Of a stretch of DNA of 64,000 bases, positions 25,461 to 41,268 are shown in pieces. A program made the translations under genes and the position numbers. The notes beneath the pieces are model-generated. The model saw nothing but the letters and a program-made list of their open reading frames with translations, was not told the DNA's origin and made no database searches. The first letter of the stretch is position 1. Each line of letters opens with the position of its first letter. Origin of the DNA: the human T2T-CHM13v2.0 reference genome, Homo sapiens; assembly GCF_009914755.1 (NCBI RefSeq), contig NC_060929.1. One strand, given 5' to 3'.

Positions 25461-25569
25461 GGGCTCAAGGAGAAAAAATAGATTGACTGTGATAAAACAC
25501 ACACAAAATGTTATCCTTATAAGCAGTATATTATAAATCAGGTACATGGTTCTAAACTGTTCAAAGCAC

Positions 25570-25735
25570 CAATTATTATGTTAAACTAGTTTAATCATGA
25601 GTACTATTCTTACCATCATTTGACAAATAATGACACTGAAGCAGAGAACCTAAGCGACTTGCCCAGGGTTAAAATTTTGTAAGTGGAAGATTCAGTGTTT
25701 TCAACCCATGCAGTCTCCTTCTAAGGACCACAGTA
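25570..25735 (-). mobile_element. MIR fragment
   Basis: catttgacaaataatgacactgaagcagagaacctaagcgacttgcccagggt resembles the antisense MIR core. Confidence 0.6.
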
Positions 25736-27087
25736 TTATTACATTACACTGCTCTCATTTTTATAAGCCTACAAAAGTCATAGGTTTTTTTGCCCCACTT
25801 CGGGCATCCTGTTTGCCTTATTTTAATCTACTACCATTGAATGATGGCTTGAATGGGAGATTTAGGCTATCATCTGAGAAAGTTTTGTGAAAATCTAGGA
25901 ATGTTTGTAATCCCATTCTGCCTTTTTTCTTGTGTTACATGGCTATTCCTTTTTCACCTTGTAAAGATGACTGTATTATATTTTAGTGTACATTACTAAT
26001 ATGATATTATATGCGAATGGGAGACTGTATACTCAAAGTGTTTTACCATACAGTCCAAATATACCCAGTTTCATATAATCTGAATCCCACAGACAATAAG
26101 CAAATAAAATATAAGGGAACTGTTTCAACTGAGGTTTATCTTGTTTTCATTTTAGGTAACAATGTACCAACAAATTGTTCCTTTTAGATTATGTTTTTGT
26201 TATTAAAAGTGTTCATTTAGTTAATCACTTCACTTAGGCATCACTGAAAATAATTTTTTTTTTTTGAGGAAAAGATATTGAGTCAAATTAATGGGAACAT
26301 AGTAAGTACCTTTGCTTATTCCACCTGAGAACTTTCTCTTAGTAATAATGCATTTTGAGCTTTCTATAGGCTTGAATGAAAATACTTTCTAGTCATCCTG
26401 TCCATATTGTTACTAAATTTAGGGAGTCAGGATGAAGGGCTATTTGCAAAAAAAAAAAAAAAAAAAAAAAAAAGGAAAAAGAAAGAAAAAGGAATATTTA
26501 TTCTCCAGTGTCCTAGACCTCCTGACATAATATATCCAATTCAAACTTAGCCACTCAGTAGCCTGCCATGGGAACAAAAGCTCTCCAGTCCACTAGCTTT
26601 CACATGAGCTGAAATTTATTTAATTTAGGGGGCCAAAACTTTCCATTATTGAATATCAGAATTAATTTTTCTTTATTATTTGCAAGCAAATACAAGTATA
26701 AACGTGTTGAAGTAGGTAAAATCTTAGGAAAATCTAAAATATGGCACTCAGAGACTCTGAAGTGCACAAACCAACTGCTAAAATATTGAAGAATTAATGG
26801 ATAATAAAGAGGTGAAATTAGAAAGCCATGAGTAGAGTATAAATTCTTTAGAGCTAGGCTACAGAATGTTGATCAGCATGTCTATTTTTTTCCTGCAGTC
26901 ATTGCATAAACATATCATTTTTATCAATTTTGGAAATGCCAATCAGATAGAAAGTTGCATTTAAAAGTTCTTAAGGAAAAGAATATAGTGTAGCATAATT
27001 CATTTGCAGTCATAAGAAGTATAACAGGTCATCAGTGTCAAAAAGAGTGTGTTTACTTGAATACACCATAATTTTATTATCTGTAAA

Positions 27088-27151
27088 CAGTTGGTCTTTG
27101 AACAATGCAGGCGTTAAGGATGCCAACCCTGGGCATAGAATGACTTTTGAC
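27088..27151 (+). mobile_element. Tigger2/MER8-like terminal fragment
   Basis: cagttggtctttgaacaatgcaggcgttaaggatgccaaccc...acttttgac resembles the recalled CAGTTGACCCTTGAACAACGCGGGGGTTAGGGGCGCCGACCC terminus. Confidence 0.55.
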
Positions 27152-27458
27152 TTAATTAATCAATTAATTAATTATTTCGAGACAGGGTCTTGCTCTCTTC
27201 CCTAGGCTGGAGTACATTGGCACAACTATAGTTCACTGCAGCTGGAACTTCTAGGCTCAAGTGACCCTCCTGCTTCAACCTCCTGAGTAGCTAGGACTAT
27301 ACACGTGCACCAACATGACCAGCTTATGTTTAAAATTTTTATAGAGATAAGGTCTTGCTATGTTGCTGAAGCTGGTTTCAAACTCCTGGCTTGAAGCAAT
27401 CTTCGTGGCTCTGCCTCCCAAAGTGCTGGGATTATAGGCATAAGACACTTTGCCCGGC
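27152..27458 (-). mobile_element. AluJ with (TTAA)n-type tail
   Basis: gagacagggtcttgctct...ttcactgcagc..gaacttctaggctcaagtga.cctcc...cctcccaaagtgctgggatta. Confidence 0.88.
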
Positions 27459-28883
27459 GTATTTTTCTTATATTTAGTGCTATGATCTGCGTAAAAAACG
27501 TTTGTACCTCTGATAACAACCTTTTGCCTTATAAGAGGGTTTAAACAGTTTTTAACAGTAAAATATAGAAGTATTGCATAACTAAATTGCTGTTGCCATG
27601 AAGAGTGATGTCTGATTATTTTGAGAGTTCATTCTCAACTTGTTCCATGGTCAATTAATCACTCAAGTTCTAAGTGTACTTTTTCTTGCTTCAAGAATGA
27701 TGATAAAATACAAAATTTGCATTAAATAGACTTATAAATTAAAATTTAGTGATGCTTGATATCACAGATTTTTTCTTATTTTTTTGATATTGGTACATTA
27801 TTTTAAAAATAAAAATTAAACAAATCAATGCATTATTTTAAATTTGACTTGTTCATTCATCCAATTTTTTATACTAAGAGTTCATTGGTACTATTTATAA
27901 AACAGGCCCCAAATTTGACATTACTTAAATACTGTAAGTGTGATGTTTCAATTACAATTAGCTTTTCAAGCAAATCAAATATTTCTATGGGGTACCTCTT
28001 TGTTAACATAAATAAATATAAGCAAACATATTTTACATATGTTTATATATAAGTATTAGTGAATATATTTTATGTGTATGCAAGCATATATGCATTAATA
28101 TAAAGCCAGCATAGAAGAAATCAGCATACACTGAGGACTTATTTACTGCAAGGTACTATTATAACATCATCTCATTGCTCTTCTTAACAGTGAAACCTAA
28201 CTTGATATTGTTATTATGGATTGGAAATGCAAACGTTGGAAAAATTAAATAACTTGCTTTAGTTCACACACTTGTAGGTGCCAAATCTGGAATTCAATCA
28301 CAGATCTGTCTGAACCACACTATAAACTCTCTTCATTCCAAAGACCATAGCCATTTATGTCATAACCGTTTATATGAGTAAAATTCATGATAATTATACT
28401 TTTATATGAATAAAATTCATGATAATTATACATAGGATTTTCAGGCATTTTAAGAACATAACCATAACAGAGAAATTCTTTAAACTATGTTTCTTCTCAA
28501 CCACCAAAAGAGAGCCTCTATTATACCTTAAGGACATTTAGAGAAAAATTATCTAAGGTTTTCATTAGAGAAAAACGCTGAGGTAAAATTTCCTGGAGAG
28601 TGTGAGGTCAGTGAAGATAGTTTGACCTTAAAATTGTACTTTAGTTTTATACTTTCCTATTAGTCAAAAACTTTTAATGAATTCTTCTTTCCACCTAACC
28701 CCAAAGCCTGGGATCAAGCAATCTATACAGTTATCTGATAGGAACAGTCCTCTAGAAGAAAATCCTTGCCCGAGGCTCAGCACTCCAGAGTATGAAAGGT
28801 GCAGATGGCACAGGGTGACAGGTTCAATCTGAAACACTGAGTGATGTGCTTTCACTCAACACCTGGACAAAGTAAAATAAGTA

Positions 28884-30388
<1,505 letters not shown>

Positions 30389-33300
30389 TACATTGCTAAG
30401 TACTATTAATGTGCACGTTTAAATTAATTTTATGAACTTTCACCAAGCAGCTTTACAATGATCATTCTCAAATTAGTAGATCATCTCTTTTATGGCATTC
30501 TTGAAGTGTTTAATGCTGCTATTTTGAGGTTTGAGCACACTGGAGTGTTAAAAACTACTAACAAAGTGAAATTAAAGTGAAAACAAAAAACGTTGTATAT
30601 ATTTTTGTGCTGGGCTCAAGTTTCTGCTCTTTATAAACAAAGTAGTTGCCTAATGCATTAAAGAAGCAGAAGAGTTAAGAATGTCTTTAATCATATGTGT
30701 AGTCTTTGGGTGTTTATGTCGGTTATCAGATCATAAAATTTATTAAATATGCAGTTTTGTATATGGAATTCTTTTACCATATATGAGAGTAAGGCATTAG
30801 ATTTTATTTCTAGATAATTTGCATATATTTCAATTTATATGATAGATGGTACAATGTGGAAAGAATTTGGACTTTTTATGATAATTAAACAAGAGACTAT
30901 ATAAAAGGCTGCTATATTAACAAGCTCTATATAAAAGAGCTAATAAATAATAAGCTTTCTGTTTTCCAACTGAAAGAGTTTTGTAAATGAGGGGATAAAT
31001 TTCTTACCGATGTGTGTGTTTTAATGGAAAAATATGTTCATAGCACGTTTTGCTATGAGTAACAATTCTAACCTCTTTGCAAATACATAAATCATGAAAA
31101 ATTTATTAAAATCTAATGCTTAGAGATGGGCATAACTAAAATATAGACAAACTTAAACTATAGAGAAAGGAAATGTGTATGCTGATAAGCAGCTTACGTA
31201 GTAATTGGTTATTTATATTGAGGTTAAAAAGAGCTTTCCCATTATCTCAAAAATCATGCTCTCACCTTTACAGATTCTAAAATTCCATCTTAGTAATGGT
31301 AGAATTTACCCTTAACACTTAACATGTCCACGCAATTTTGATGACATGGTGCAAACATCTCTGATTTTTTTCTTCTACCTAGATTTACTACTGGGTTGGG
31401 GTTCCCACTACCAGACATAAGAAAGGATAGTACAATAAAATAAAATAGTGGCACATTAAATATTTTTATGGTAGACTGACTTTTATCCATCAATTCATAG
31501 AAAGTTGGAATTGTAAGGGATCTGTATAACAATTTATCCTTTTTATAAGCACACTGAATTTCAGAATCTCCATGATTATAAGATCAAAATACATAAATAA
31601 ACAAATAATTAAATATATTCAGATTACCCAACTTTATTCAAATCTAGTATGTAAGGAACAATACATCTTAAGGTCATGGAAAACATTAAGTTACTTGCCC
31701 AAGGTCTGATCTGGTTTGTCTAAGAATTAAAAAACAAAACAAAAACAAAACAAACAAAAAATACAAACTCATGTCTGATGTGCTTGCAAGTATTATTTTC
31801 ATTATATTTGCATAATCATAATACTGACCATAGCACAACTAACAATAGCAGAAACATGAGTACAGTTTGCATAGATCTCTTACAAGGAACTTAATAGACA
31901 TGGTGATTATCACAAGAGCCTTGTGGTAGCAAGAACAGTCTTTATTATCTTCATTTACTGATGTGGATAAAGTTCAGAGTTTCATTCAGTAGCCTATTGG
32001 GTCATGATAGGTAGCAGTATCTCTCTACTGGATCTCTAGGCTGCTGATTGCAGATATAGTGCTTGCAAATCTAATTATTATTGTAATCTATTTGGTAAAA
32101 TGATGAAGATACTATGATCTGTACTGTCCAATATTTCCATAGAGTTATCTATTTCAGGCAAAAGTACTCTTATGAGATCTGTAGCTAATCAAATTATATA
32201 GAGAACCATTCTCCTATGCTAAAGTTATTTTAATGAACATTTAGAACATGAATGACGTCAGTTAAAACTACTCCCTTACTTTATTAAAAAAGTATTTTTA
32301 AAAGTCATATTCTTATTTACAGCTAAGTTATAATTACATAACTCAGCAACAACGCATGTTCCTCAACTCTAAAGACATGACTTTAAATTGCAAACAAATA
32401 AATAAAGCTTCAATTACAAGTAATGCTAGAACTTTGTTTATTGATTATGAAGTATAACAAGATAAGCCTAGGAAATCCCCTGCTGTGTAAGCCTGTGTAA
32501 AAAGGCAGAAAGTATTAAGCACTTAAAGCTATTTTTAGAAGCCTAATTCCCAACTTAAATTCTTATCCTATGTTGTGTATTCAGTGTGTTCTTAGTATGA
32601 AAGGCTTCTGTGTCAGTTACCCATCTGAGAGAACATTTAGCATTGACGTCTAAATCCACATAAGCTGTATACAAGTGTAAGTTTTATCATGTGTAGACTC
32701 CTTGATCTCACAGACAACTTCACAGAGAATTCAAATACCAAATAGTATTTAAGAGAGGCAAAACACAACTTCTTAGATCAACATAATCAAGCTAAATACC
32801 CTTTTACTAGCACTCATAAAGGTTAAATCCCTAGAGAATCACTTGTCTCTGATAAATAAATTCTCCACTCACATTACATTTGAGTCTCTCTGTGTGTGTA
32901 CATTGGGGTGAGGGCATGAGGAAGAGTTGGGGAGAGAGACAGAGAGAGACTGAGAGATACAGATTTCTTTTCAAGGCCCAGATTATTCTCTCTCAGGCAT
33001 ATCTCTCAATTCAGATGTAGACTGATTTGGAAATCTGTTAGCAAACAAGCACAGAGAAAAGAGTATTTGCAACAATCTGTTTTATTTTCCCTCTCTTTCT
33101 TTTAACTTCTGTTTTTTTTTTTTATTCTACCCAGTTACAAGACTAAACCAATGGTGATTCAGGCGTAATTCCTATTTCTGATGAGCTCCTTTCAGTTATC
33201 TAAAATCAGGAAAAAAATGCATATTCAATCATAGTATTACTAGTCAAAGAAAATAAAGCGAAGCAGGGCCCCTTTAAAATTTAGTGCATTCCACTTGAAA

Positions 33301-36300
33301 TCATGCTCATGAGGATATTCTAGCTACTTTTATGGCACAGAGAAGAAAATGAAGGTTATTTTACCTTTAGGAAATAAGTCATTTTTACTGCATTTCTGAA
33401 TGATAAAAACATTAAGAAAAAGGCAAATGCAATATTATAATCCATTTATGAGATTTCTGTTTTCAGGAATGGAGAAGAAATGGGCAAAATAATTAAATAG
33501 ACCCAGAAATGGAGCATCCCTGACTCCTTCAGTAGAACTCTTATTTGCTTCAAATCCTAATATTACTTAATGCCAACAGTTCCCACAATTCTGAGTACTT
33601 TGGGTATGAAGCACAATTACTGGCAATTTTTGAAGGGAGCACACCACTTAGTGCAATTCCTGTAGAAGAGTGAATTATAATTTAATCAAGCAGAATGCCA
33701 AGTTTGCCACAAATTGGCAGACTAACTTTAAGGAATATATCCAGACAGATCATAAAGGTGTCTTGCCTTAACCTCCTCCAATGTGGAGGGAAACAACAGT
33801 ATGGCTTACTGACAAAGCAAGAGAATACCTTAATAATTATCAGCATACATTTCTTAGTCAACAGGGACTGTTCAGGAAAGGAAGTAAACATTCAAAGCTT
33901 AATGATTTCTCTTGTGCATAGCTTCTGTGACTCATGCCAGATTTTCCTGAGCTAGTTCTAAAATGATTTATCTGCTTCAGTGAGTTTAAAGCATTTCATC
34001 TTCACTTTTCTTTGGGCACTGGGAATAAAGGTTAACAAAGTCATCTGCGTATATTGAGGTGTGGGTATCTGTGTATATCTACCCCAGGCTGGCCTAGAAG
34101 AAGTGTAGCATTGTGGTCTCCTTTATGTACAAGCAAACGTGGTAGCACTGTACCTCCAGGTTCTATGGATAGTGGAGCCGGGAACAGTGTAAGTCTCAAG
34201 GGAGACAACTGCAATCACACTGCAGATGAGGTTTGGGAGGATAGTACCTAATTCTCTGATGACAGAAAAAAAGACAAAGAATAACCTACTCAGAAATCTC
34301 TCCCATATCTTCTTCTGAGAGGCTTGAAATTACCTCTATTAAGCTTCTCTCTATTTACATAAGAAAGTAAAATCAATGGCAATGTCTCTGGAAGGCTGTT
34401 ATTTGAATGCGTGTATGTTGCATTTAAGTCAGTATTCAAATAGCCTCCTTCCATGGCCTGGAGGTTGTATAGTTTGCCCCAGTAGGGTTCAGGTTGATCC
34501 CCAAGAACTGGGTGAGCACGGATTGACAAAGGATGAAGAGAGCATGAGGATCATCTCATAAGAAATTATTTTGGGGATGAAAAGAACTGAATAGCATAAA
34601 AGTTAATAAAAATGGCAGAGGTTGGACCCTCCAATTAAAAGGAGAACAAGTTAGAGTGAATGTATATCAAGCACATAAGATGGCATGCAGAAAGATTGCT
34701 ATTAGTTTTGAACATTCTTGGCTTGCCTTTGCCACCTATTGAAAATGCAGTGTCTGGTTAAAATGGGGAATGATTCAAAGGGTTCTTTTTATTCTCTAAT
34801 CGATTATGGTGAAGTGACATGCTAGATTAGTGGTAAGTCACCTTAGAAAGTTGCCTAAGGACAAAAAATAAGATGCGTACAATTCCATTTGGGGAATAAA
34901 AAGTTTTACAGAAACTTAGAGTAGGAAATAGCTAACTCACAAGAGGTTAAATCCCAGAACATTTATTATTCACAATGAATGTGAGATCCAAGCAAAGGAA
35001 CAGAGTATCAAAGTAAGTCAGGAATAAAAAAATAAATATTTTAATTTCAGATATTTTTTATGATTTACCTGAATTCAACACTGTTGAGATACAGTATCAT
35101 TTTGCCAGAAGAGGTAAATGTATTGATATTCTTTGTAAACCAGTCGGTGCCTTGAGAGAATAAATAATAGCAATACGGTTATTATTAGTCAGCCCAACAC
35201 ATTGATAATGACATAGCTGACTGATGATTCCAATTATACATGCCAATTTGAGGATATTCAGATTTGTTTTTGGTTATGTATTTTTCCATAGTTTGTTAGC
35301 TACACCATGCAGGAGCAAATTGCGTAAGTAAGATGGGTGGGCTGTCAACAAAATTTAGGTTGAAAACTTTCAGAGGTAGAAATGAAAAAGGAGAATATTC
35401 AGTATTTTAAATGGCAATAAATAATCATAAGGATATGAAGGGGCAGGAAAACTTGGTTAAAGTAGTGATCTTGATAACATTAGCCATATAGGAAAATTTT
35501 TATTTTAGAATGCACTATGACATTTCCAAAGACAAATGCAATAAGGAATCAAGGTGTTTTCAAAGACAATAATCTACTGCTTGGCTGAAATATTGAAAAA
35601 AATAGATTCATAATAAATTATCTTTTTTTAGGAAACTAAATGATCAACAATATCTCTATGAATGTACAATACAAAAATTAAAGGCAATCTTAAAGCAGGA
35701 TTCACATATTTTGAAGCTCAACAAATTGTTGCCAAAGTGTAAGAAAAAACAGTAAATACCTGAACTTTGCAGCATACCCTAGATATTAATCAATTAGACC
35801 ATGGGAAAAAGAACAACAGTTTCAGAAAGCAAATCTTTATGGCCAATTCGCCAATATTAGCCTATCATAACATAAATCTGAAGGCATCACAGGGACTCTG
35901 AGCTACCACTCAATAGACTAAGCAGGAGAAAATCTTACATAGTCTTACTATTGAGTGAACTATCACAGGTCTCACTCCAATACCATCTTAGTTATTTGTT
36001 AATCTTGTCTCCCTCCTCCATGCCTCACCTTCCCAAAAAACAATCAACAGACTAAAAACAAACCTGGGTTACTCTCAATTATTTAGGTGAACAGAGTTGA
36101 ATATCATTCATCTAAAAAAGAGGCCTCTCTCTTGACTTCTCATCTTATCTATATGGAGGCATTTGTCTCTACTCAGCTTTACACAAACATCCCAAATCTG
36201 TGTGTCCAAGCTGAATTCATTTAACCTGAGTATGCTGCTGATAAAACATGTTTTCTCTGAATCCCTAGATGAGTTTAGTATCACTTGATTGACTCCATGC

Positions 36301-37009
36301 TGTACTCCTCTTTTCTCCACTGGGTGGGTCCAGAGCTTCTAGACAGAAGAACAGCTGAACAGTATCTGCTTCTACTGTTACCATTTAAATACTAAATAGT
36401 TATCAGGCTAGCAGCCTGGAGAGTGCATACTTATCAAACAACCAATCAAACATACACAAATGACAATTAAAAATAATCTTTCTTTTGTCCCATCTCTTTA
36501 CAATACACAGGTTCCCATTCCTGCCTAGTGCTTATCTCAGGGCAGTCTTATGGTATCACTTGATTTGAGACTATCTTAGGCCCTAGGTTACTTCTATTAT
36601 TATATATTTGCCATATGTAAAATGACTTGGCATCCTTAATAACTATGCTTGTCTTTTGTGCATTTCTTCCTTGTGACCCTTAATAATTCTGAGGTCAGTT
36701 GTTTACTTTCCAAGGTTTTGTTAAAACCAAATTACACTTCCGTACACTCTGTCACAATTAGATATCATCCTGTCATATCTTGTAAGCAGTGGTTAAATGT
36801 TAAACTTAACCACCTGTTCTTTCACCAACCTTGGACTTTGATTCTGCCTCTTTTATTTCTAGGACTACATAAGACTTTTTCTAACCATGATTTTACTTTG
36901 CTCTGAAATTGAAAAATATAGCAGTTATTTGTTTTAATGAAAACAATGTTTTATCTTTTATTTTTTCTTTTCTAGATCAATACAAATTTTAAAACAAATT
37001 TTAATAATT

Positions 37010-37640
37010 TGCCATCTCAGTTTAACTCCCTTTCAGTCCATTCTTCAAAGCATCTAGTTACACGTCAAATCATGCCACTCCCATGCTTAAAGTTTCCTCA
37101 TAGCTTCAAGAGTAAGTTGAACCTCTCATGAGAATCACAAAAACTTGGTCATGATGTATCCCCTGCATCTCTCCTGAGCAATACTGCTTAACTTTCCTAA
37201 GCCTTATAACAAAACCTAAGATTGTACTCCTGCCACCCTGAGCTACTTGCAGTTCCCCAAACAAGCCAATTCATTATTTGCCATGCTTTTATATAGGTAG
37301 TTTTCTCTGACTCAGTGTGTTTTCTGGTCTCCTTTCTCTTTGACTGGACACTTTTAACAGTGTTTCAAGATGCAGCTCATTTTGTAAGTTTCTCAAAGAT
37401 CGACCTTCATCCCTTCAATTCAGCCTTCCCAGCCTGGTTCAGCTTCTTGTCTAAATGGCCACAGCACTTGTGCTTCCATTTATCATGTGATTGCTGTACC
37501 GTCTGTTTATTTGTTTGCCTTCACCAGTATAACCAAAGTTTCCTAAGGGCATAGACCATGTCCTAAACATCTTTGTATCCAAGACATTTAGCAGAGTGAT
37601 TGATATGAGTGGTATCTAGGAAAAATATTGAACTGACTTA
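37010..37640 (+). mobile_element. L2 LINE 3' fragment
   Basis: atcatgccactcccatgcttaaa...agggcatagaccatgtc...ctttgtatcc....atttagcagagtg. Confidence 0.6.
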
Positions 37641-40122
37641 ATAACAGTATACAAATGTCATCCTGTTTGATAATGTACCTTAAGTTATGTTGTAAGTTAA
37701 AAAGCCAGATGTCTTCATCTGAGCCACAAAAGAAACCAGTATCTCTCCTTAAGATTCAGGGTATTTCTAACTATGGTTGAAATGTGAACTTTAAATTTAA
37801 TGAAATTAAACAGATGCCTTTAGTAGTCTGATCAACTGTTCTCCCAATTGATATATGTATAGCAGATATCATAAACAATTCAGCATATATTTTAACACTA
37901 ATAGAAAACTTGAAATAATGCAAAATATTTCAAATTTATTAGGTATTATTTTAATCATGAATGCATTGTCGGGGGTAAGCATCACTGGCTAGTTTTCATA
38001 CGTTCATATATCCCACTCCTCACTTGATTTACTCGAGTGAGGAATGAAAATGTCCCTTCACAATGATATATTTATGCTTTCCTGGACTCAAAGTGCCTAG
38101 AGTTAAATTTGGAAATACCACTGTAGTAATGCAAATATTATTCTTCACATATTTTTCTGAGGAAACAAATATGGAATGCATATATGATATATACAACCTG
38201 ACAAGCTACACAGCAGAAATTGCTTTTGGTTTCCTTAGATGAAGAAAACAAAAACAGCACTGACATTGAAAGTAAAAAGTGTGTTCTATTACTCAGATTT
38301 AGAAATGTGACTAGACTAGTGAAATAAGTGCTTATAGATTTGGTAAGAGAAGGATGAAGGCAAACGCATAAATACACAGTACTATATATATGCTATTATT
38401 GTTTAGCCTTAGATGTTTCCTAAGTATATTAGAAACGAAAGCAGAACAACTTTTTCACTTTCATAAACAATTAATTGGATAAGATTGTATTCAATATGCT
38501 CAAATTTTCATTTTAAGGTAGAAAATAAAAGTGGCAAAAGTTTTCCCATAGAAGAATAAGCTACAGATTTTGGAAAAATAGGAGACACTGAATCTTGTCT
38601 CCCCTCTCCCCCAACACCTTAAAAAAGGACAAAGGCAACACAAATATTTCAAAACTTTTCTGTTTTTAAGTCTTAGTCTTTTTGCCTAATATTAGAATTT
38701 CCTAGGCTTCCTAGAATCATTCATGTATGGACAAAATAACAGAGAACACATTTAAATACACTAAAGTTTGAACCTGCTTTACAAACAACCCTGAATTAGT
38801 TTGAAATTACGTAAAACTCAAAATTCAGTAGTAATGAGAACATTCAGATGTGGTTTTCTCTCAGTGCAGTGCCAGGCATGTAGTGTGTAGCCATTAAATA
38901 TTAGCAGATTGTTTATTTTCAAGAGATAGCTCACGGTATCTATTGAAAGTTGACATTTTTTTTGTCTCTAGGTGTACAACCAATTAAACAAGTGGACACT
39001 AATAAATTTCCCTTTCACCTACTACATTAATGTAATGTTTCTATAATATTTTAGTATGTTAAAAAAACAAAATCCTAGCAATTATTGCAGAAGCCATTTT
39101 TCATCAGTATTTTATACTAAGCTATGTTAAGGTCAGAATTAAGGGTAGAGTCTATAGTTTGTATTTACTAAGTCCTGTAGTATTTGACCTTTAAATGCTG
39201 TTTTGTCATAGCTATTACAGGGAAAGTGATAGTGATATATCCAGTTTCATTTCTAAAATAAATACAAGGTCATTGCCTCCAGCAGGTGACTGGAAAGAAT
39301 ACAGTGTGATATTCTTAATTGTGATATCCAACATAAAGCTGAGAATTTTTTAGACCTTCTGAATGTACTCAAAAATATAAATAAATATAACAACAGGTTA
39401 TCCACAGTCAGCTATGATCAATTTAATTTAGCCAAGCAGACAAAAGCAGCTTCCTTAAATAAGAGCTACCCAGGGTCTCATTAGTGTAGAGAGACAAAAA
39501 AAAAAAAAAAAAAAAAAAAAACAAGGTCACGCTCAAGGTGTATGACTTCATGGTGGAAAATTTCAATCCTCCAAATACCTCCCAGAAAAGAAACCAAAGG
39601 CTAGAGAAACAACTGTCAGGCAGATTTCAAAATCTCATTTAGACCACTGAACAAATAAAAAGATAGAAAAACGTGTTAATTCTAAATATACTGATATATA
39701 TTTTTACAAAGTAAGGTTGACAAAGTTGAAGTTGGGCATGGAATGTCTCTTATTAGAATGGCATAAAGAATTCACTGCACAAGTTTGAATCTGGAAAAGT
39801 GAGTACCTAAAATAATAAAGTGGCAATTTTCTGAGAATTAAATTTTAGGAAAAAAGTAAACAAAGGACTACAAATTGATTTTATCAATAGATACAAATGC
39901 ATTTTCGTTATTTATCTTTTAATCTTGTCTTGGCATATTTAGAATGATAAAAGAAAAAGTGTTTATAATGTACTCTGTTGAAATGCAAGCAAAGAAAGGT
40001 GAGAAAACATATTCATTAAACTATATTTATTCAACAATATATGCAAACATAAGGATAAGATATGTTTTTCTACATTATACATGCTTCTATTTCTCCCTCC
40101 TTCATAAATATGATGAGGCCAA

Positions 40123-40215
40123 ATCAGCATTATTTTTTAGCTCAGATGAGCTCTGTGATAGGCTAAAAACTATCACCTATCACAGAGCTCATCTGAGCTA
40201 ACAAATAATGCTGAT
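40123..40215. repeat. Long inverted repeat: 40-bp arms (39/40 paired), 13-nt loop
   Basis: Arm 1 is atcagcattattttttagctcagatgagctctgtgatagg (40123-40162). Arm 2 is cctatcacagagctcatctgagctaacaaataatgctgat (40176-40215). The only mismatch is 40136/40202. Confidence 0.97.
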
Positions 40216-41268
40216 AGCATTAATGGACTTCTAATTTATTTAATATTGTTTTACATGCAGCTTTTAAGATCAAGCAATCTGATCCTTTCTAAAAGATATT
40301 ATGGTAGAATAAAGGTCACATATTTAGGCTGGCAAACCCATGAGGAGAATAATAGTGCATTTCCCATTAGAATCTAATGCTGATAAATCAACGTAACTGT
40401 CAACAGCTGAGTCCTAAGATTAACACAGATGTGGAAAAGGAAGGTAAAATACAATTATGAAAATGGAAGCAAACAGTATGCTTAAGGATGTCAGATATCT
40501 GGGAATTCCTTTTTTGAGCAGAAAATATAAATCTATAAGCCAGTTTTCCTTTAGAAAGTTCTAATGCCTCTCTGTAAGAATATTTTATTTTAATTTGAAG
40601 ATTTATATATAATTCTATATGTCATTAACATAATCAGATCCAGAAGTATCACCAGAGCACAAATTACACAATAAAATTGAAGTGACTATCTTCACCACAG
40701 ACTGCTATGTGATTTATAGTGATGCATTTCAATTCCACTTGCATTTGTGCCCGCTTTGTGTTAGAAATCATCAAAGATGGAGAACTTAGTTTTTGCCAGG
40801 TATCTTCCTGGACACTTTCAGGAACTTGGGATGAACTTTGGGAAAGCTCAGCATGTGGTACACTATGACACTTTACAAGCTTCCTATGTTGAAAAAACCT
40901 AAAGGACTTTGAGCTATTATTTCATATCTTGAAAGAACTATGGCATAGCAACTAGGATAGGAAAGCATCATGGAAACACTGGAACAAGTTACCAAGTAAC
41001 TGCTTACCCAGTACCAGCAAGTAGCTAATGAGAAGCACCTCAGATGCAAAGAACCAGCACCCTATGAGACAGGCTGATACCCTCGGAGTGTGAAGAATGA
41101 GACAAAAAGAAGCACACAAGAGTGTGCTAATTAGAAACCTAAAGGAGTACTGATAACCAGGACGCCAAGCAATCCAGAATCAGAAGCCCTCTAAGATATT
41201 TGAGTAAATAAGAGAGTGTTTATATTATACTAATAAGACAGTGTTTCTGTTACCTAAGAATGAGCCAT

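Noticed and set aside
39496-39521. Orphan poly(A) tract (also about 26447-26473) as the tail of a retrocopy
   Set aside because: There is no convincing TSD or recognisable upstream body, so I treat these as simple A-runs.
40780-41210. Possible ancient LTR-like or unique regulatory segment (also about 62170-62500)
   Set aside because: I could not match it to any family or motif with confidence; it needs a Dfam and conservation search.
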